64,000 bases of DNA from Neoconidiobolus thromboides FSU 785 (Eukaryota > Fungi > Entomophthoromycota), in contig MU626317.1 in NCBI GenBank assembly GCA_025603075.1, forward strand, positions 46,250 through 110,249, read 5' to 3'. This document shows positions 59,690 to 64,000 of this stretch, one piece after another (the stretch's first letter is position 1; each line of letters starts with the position of its first letter). A program made the position numbers and the translations under genes. The notes beneath the pieces are model-generated. The model made no database searches, was not told the DNA's origin, and saw only the letters and a program-made list of their open reading frames with translations.

Positions 59690-60764
59690 ATATGACAAAA
59701 AAATCAAACAAAGAGTCTCATTAAGAATTTACTTTACTGTCTCCCTTTACTCTATCTGTATGTTTTTAGGTCTTTTTTTCTATTTAATTGATTCAATACT
59801 TAATTACTTACAACTTCATAGCGACTTACAATATACATTTGGTACTTTTGGTACCATTCTAATCGCTTTGGGTTTCTTGTGTAACTCTATTTTGGTGCTT
59901 ATAACTCATATTTTGGTAAATCAAGGACTTGTATCAAGATGGAATAGATTCTATAGTAAAGTTAAAACTTTCTTTTGATAAAAACAATTTATACAATAAG
60001 GGGAATTGAAAATCCAAACTTTACAATTTAACATAAGCAGCAATAAGTAAGAAGAGACATACTGATCCTTTTGTAATTTTATTTTTGATTTTTTAGCATC
60101 AATTATGGTATTGAACAAAACGAATCTTGAGTTTCCCATTTTTTGCTTTGTAATTTATTAAATATTAATAAATAACCAAAGAAATAGTGGAAATGAGCTT
60201 AGTGTTGCCTATTACTATACTCATATATTAGTCCATTGTAAGAAAAAGATTTATGTAGTTAGCTTTTTCGTAAATAAAAATTGAAATGTTTATACTGTTA
60301 GAATAATTTAGAAACCCTTATCATGTTTTTGTTTATGTGCTCTCTCTTACACTCTTGGTATTCTTTAATTTTCCATTTATTTGATCATTATCATTATTAT
60401 TAATCGAAGTGAAGCACCATTAACTCAAAAAATTAGATCTACAGTTGAAGAAATGAATTGTTTTTCACAGTAAATGAATTTCATTCTAAAATCGATTTAT
60501 CTTATAAAAAAAGTATGCTTTAAGATAGCAAGAAAATGAGGCAGAAAGATAAATAAAGGAAACCTTAAAATCTTGTTAAAGTTTGTAAAATCAATCGGGA
60601 TCAAATGTTTATATTTATCACTTTGAGCATGTTAAATTCAACTTAAACAAGTTGCCTAATCTCATGGTGTATGAATTAATTTTATTTTTGGTTAAAGTAT
60701 ATCTGTCCCAACTCTTTTGCGAAGCAGTTAGCGGTATTTTTGCAGTTAAATTATTTGTTTAAAT

Positions 60765-60858
60765 GAGGACTGTTTTTTTTGATCTCATTACTTTTTCCAT
60801 TTTTAAGCGCTATTTGGGTGGAAAGATTATTGGTAAAATTCTTAAAAAATACATCCCT
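60765..60858 (+). mobile_element. MITE copy 17
   Basis: GAGGACTG...CATCCCT; TSD AAAT/AAAT. Confidence 0.8.
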
Positions 60859-62109
60859 AAATGCTTCCTTTAAGAATCAATATTTTGGCAGAATTTATAC
60901 ACAAATCTTTAAAACAATAACTAAACTTTTTACAAAATAGTTGGAACAACTGTAAGTAAGCTCTTATTCCTCTTGAAATGGTGAGGTGTCAAGTGTTTTA
61001 TTAGATAAAACGAAGGTTGAATACTTAAGTTAGAGAGCTTAAGGTACAGAGTTTTTATAAGGGGATATCTAGTAATATAGGAATCAGGTTCAAGGATTAC
61101 CTATCTTTAAAAGAATTAGAGGGGCAAGATTATATCTATCCCACTTCTATTCTTCAGATATATATCCGCATAACGACGAGGGCGTTTTTTAAATGATTTA
61201 ATTTTTGATTGTTATCAATTAAGGATTTTCTAATGAAGTGTTATTTCAAAAGTAGCCAGTTTTAATAAAATCACTGTGGTGGTGCAGTTTGCAGCATTTA
61301 AGTATTTTGCTCAAAAGTGATTGTCTTTAAAAATAAGAAATATGAGTGTTGTAACTAAAAAATCATCCATGTTTTAGTCTAAGTATACAATCGCTTTTAT
61401 AATGACTTTACAACTTCAGATTGATTTTATATTAGCAGTCCAGCTGGTTCACTTCAAATCGGAAATAATAGTAATGCTTTTTAAAGTCACCTATTTGGTT
61501 GATTGATTTTGTTTAATTAACAATTTGGATTGAAGTTTATAATGTTAAACTAAAAGATTAATTAAAAAGAAATCTAAACTGGTATATTACCCGTTTTGAT
61601 TATTGCTACTGCTAATATCTCTTTCTTATATTGGTGATGTTAAATTTCGATTATTTAAAGGCATTTTAAAACAATAGAAAACTAAAAGGTTTAGGAATTT
61701 TCAATCTTCACCTTTTAAATTTGGTACAAAAATATTTTAGCAGTAAAATTAAGATAATAAGAGAAAATTAGTAAGTTAATTTATAAGCTATGTTTTATTA
61801 AAATATGGGGAAAATTATTAATTGAAAATTTTAACCGAATTCTAGAATTTCGGCTTAATTTTTTTAAAACAAGCTGTTTTTATTTTCAACTTGGATGATT
61901 GAGTCAGTTGCAATTGAAAATTAGCAATTTTTGGCTTATTTTTTCAAAAGTTGTAATTGGACAACTTCAGTTAAAAATGAATCAATTTAAAAGGGACTAT
62001 GCCTAGGTAAGTTTAAATGGCACCTAAAAAAATGGAACAAAGCCCCAGAAATTATGTCAAATGGTTAAAAATAAGCACAACTAAATTGACTATTCTCTTA
62101 TGAATTAAT

Positions 62110-62412
62110 TTAATTCCGAACATAAATTTCTTTTTATCATTTACAATGTCTATCCTTCCTACAAAGTTAATTATCTAATAAAGTGTTTTATAGCTTATAT
62201 TTTGTTTGTATGAGGTATAATGCCTTGGTTGCAATTGAATACTATAATGGTGATAGTCAGGTTCATTATTAGATAGTGTATAGGTTTTAGTACGTTAGTA
62301 CTTTAATTTCTTTTTAAAAGACTTATTATCACTAATACGGAATTTGATCTAAATAATTTGAGAATAATTAATTAATTTTATAAATCATTAGTACCATGTT
62401 AATGTTCATGAA
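62110..62412 (+). promoter_or_regulatory. Conserved upstream blocks of the 7TM paralog at 62484
   Basis: Same ordered motifs as 56505-56832. Confidence 0.45.
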
Positions 62413-62483
62413 AGTAATAACTATTTAAAAAAAGCTCATTTACCAATACTATTTTCTTTTATCCTAATTTACTACATTCTTAA

Positions 62484-63398
62484 ATGATAAACGAAAATCC
62501 CTATGGTAATATATCAGCACCTGTTGGCATAGCGTCTATAATAACCAATATCATCCTTCTTTATTTAGCAACAAAGATAAAGGAACCTACACGAGATTTA
62601 AAATTAGTGATGTTAATAGCATCTATTGAACTTTTGGCTCCTTTGGTTTCAATATCTGATATAGCAGCTACGGTAATGAGAGAAGAAGATGCAGTCAATG
62701 ATCCTAAATTATGTCAATACTTAGGCTTATTTACAATCTTATTGATATTATGTCAGTTTATTGTTTCTGCTTTTCTAGCATTAGAAAGGTTAAATATTGT
62801 TGTTAAAATTAGATACATGAGATATATATTTATATCAGGGATTTTATCATTAGCGTTTCATCTAATGATGACAATATACTTAGCTGTTAGTTTCGAATTC
62901 CTTCCACAAACTGCAAAGTTAGTTTGTTTGATATATCCCGAAACTTCATTGATCTCAAGTATAGCATTTTATCATTTTATAACTATCTCATTTACAAGTC
63001 TAATAATAATAATAGCTTGCTATATAAAGCTAGGTTATTATCTAAGCGACTACACTAAATTTTTAACTATTGATAATGCAGAGCCAAACTTTGATGGGGC
63101 AAAAAAAATCAAACGAAGAGCCTCATTAAGAATTTACTTTACTGTCTCCCTTTACTCTATCTGTATGTTTTTAGGTCTTTTTTTCTATTTAATTGATTCA
63201 ATACTTAATTACTTACAAATTCATAGCGACTTACAATATACATTTGGTACTTTTGCTACCATTCTAATCGCTCTAGGCTTTTTGTCCAACTCTATTTTGG
63301 TGCTTACAACACATACTCTGATAAATCAAGAACTTCTATTAGAATGGAAAAAATTGTGTAGTAAAATCATAAGCTTTTTTATGAACATAAATAATTAA
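62484..63398 (+). CDS. Intronless class-A-like 7TM receptor (304 aa), paralog 5
   Basis: MINENPYG, CQYLGL, LALERL; seven hydrophobic segments. Confidence 0.75.
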   Translation: MINENPYGNISAPVGIASIITNIILLYLATKIKEPTRDLKLVMLIASIELLAPLVSISDIAATVMREEDAVNDPKLCQYLGLFTILLILCQFIVSAFLALERLNIVVKIRYMRYIFISGILSLAFHLMMTIYLAVSFEFLPQTAKLVCLIYPETSLISSIAFYHFITISFTSLIIIIACYIKLGYYLSDYTKFLTIDNAEPNFDGAKKIKRRASLRIYFTVSLYSICMFLGLFFYLIDSILNYLQIHSDLQYTFGTFATILIALGFLSNSILVLTTHTLINQELLLEWKKLCSKIISFFMNINN

Positions 63399-64000
63399 TA
63401 CAACAAGAGTAATAATATTTTAAAATACACAAGGATAATGGCATCGATAGTGAAACAGATGCCAATATACTAACTCTATTGTTGTTTTTAAATCAATAAC
63501 TAGAATCAAAAAAAGTTTTATTACTTTATAACAAGCATATGTTGAGAACTATAAAACAATACAATAAATTAATAAAGTGTTTGAATAGATGGGAATGTCC
63601 GAATTGATTTCATTTTTTTTACTAAAAACCAAAGGTATCCAACATAATTTTAAATTATTTTGTTATAATTTATATTATAAGTTAGCAGAATTTCTATTGA
63701 ACTTAATAAAAATTCTCAAACCAGCAAGATTTTTACTAGTATAATTTATATATTGATATTAACTAAAGCTGTAATATATAAATAAATACGTATTTCTATA
63801 CAATTTCATTGAAAACATTTATTAACTGCTTTATAAGTAATGTTGCAGATTTGGTATCAGATGAATAAATTACTTTAATGTCATAACTACTGTGGAACAT
63901 CGGTTTATTAGCTTCATGATTGATTATAACATAACAATCACTTAGATTGTCGTGTTCTCGAGTTCAGAGATAATCAATCCAATGCTCTTAGTTTAATTTG

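Larger units (their letters stand above)
58878..59978 (+). pseudogene. 7TM receptor pseudogene disrupted by two MITE insertions and a 2-nt frameshift
   Basis: Homology to the neighbouring paralogs resumes directly after each MITE (59331-59427, 59591-59689). CAGTTTAACT near 59552-59561 lacks 2 nt relative to the paralogous TTTTTAACT/TTTCTAACA, giving an in-frame TAA. Confidence 0.88.

Noticed and set aside
625-60858. MITE copies as a CRISPR array or as tRNA/SINE-derived repeats
   Set aside because: They are dispersed, have no spacers or cas genes, no A/B boxes or poly-A tail, and show TIRs plus TSDs of a DNA transposon.

Overview
AT-rich eukaryotic (fungal) nuclear DNA with short GT-AG introns. 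The gene content (MTA1/AMT1-type 6mA methyltransferase, expanded intronless class-A-like 7TM receptors, AA11 LPMO) suggests an early-diverging fungus, possibly Conidiobolus-like (inference only). The main feature is an intronless PRP8 gene (15057-26660, minus strand, 3867-aa precursor) interrupted by four in-frame inteins of 395, 418, 241 and 458 aa. Removing them leaves a normal-sized 2355-aa Prp8. One intein sits at the canonical PRP8-a site (FWEKA|SGFEES) and three sit elsewhere. At two of those, the +1 nucleophile differs from the usual Prp8 residue. Their homing-endonuclease domains show graded decay. The window also holds at least 17 copies of a ~97-bp MITE with ~15-bp TIRs (GRGG...CCYC) and 4-bp A/T-rich TSDs (Sola-like hallmarks, by inference). 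Two copies disrupt one of five paralogous 7TM receptor loci and one lies in an intron of the 6mA methyltransferase. The other genes are an SPX-RING ligase, a membrane spermidine-synthase-like MTase, acyl-CoA oxidase, RPC25, an HSF-type TF, a Rad4/XPC-like protein, flavocytochrome b2, a D-threonine-aldolase-like PLP enzyme and several unknowns. Exon structures were read by eye and are approximate unless stated.
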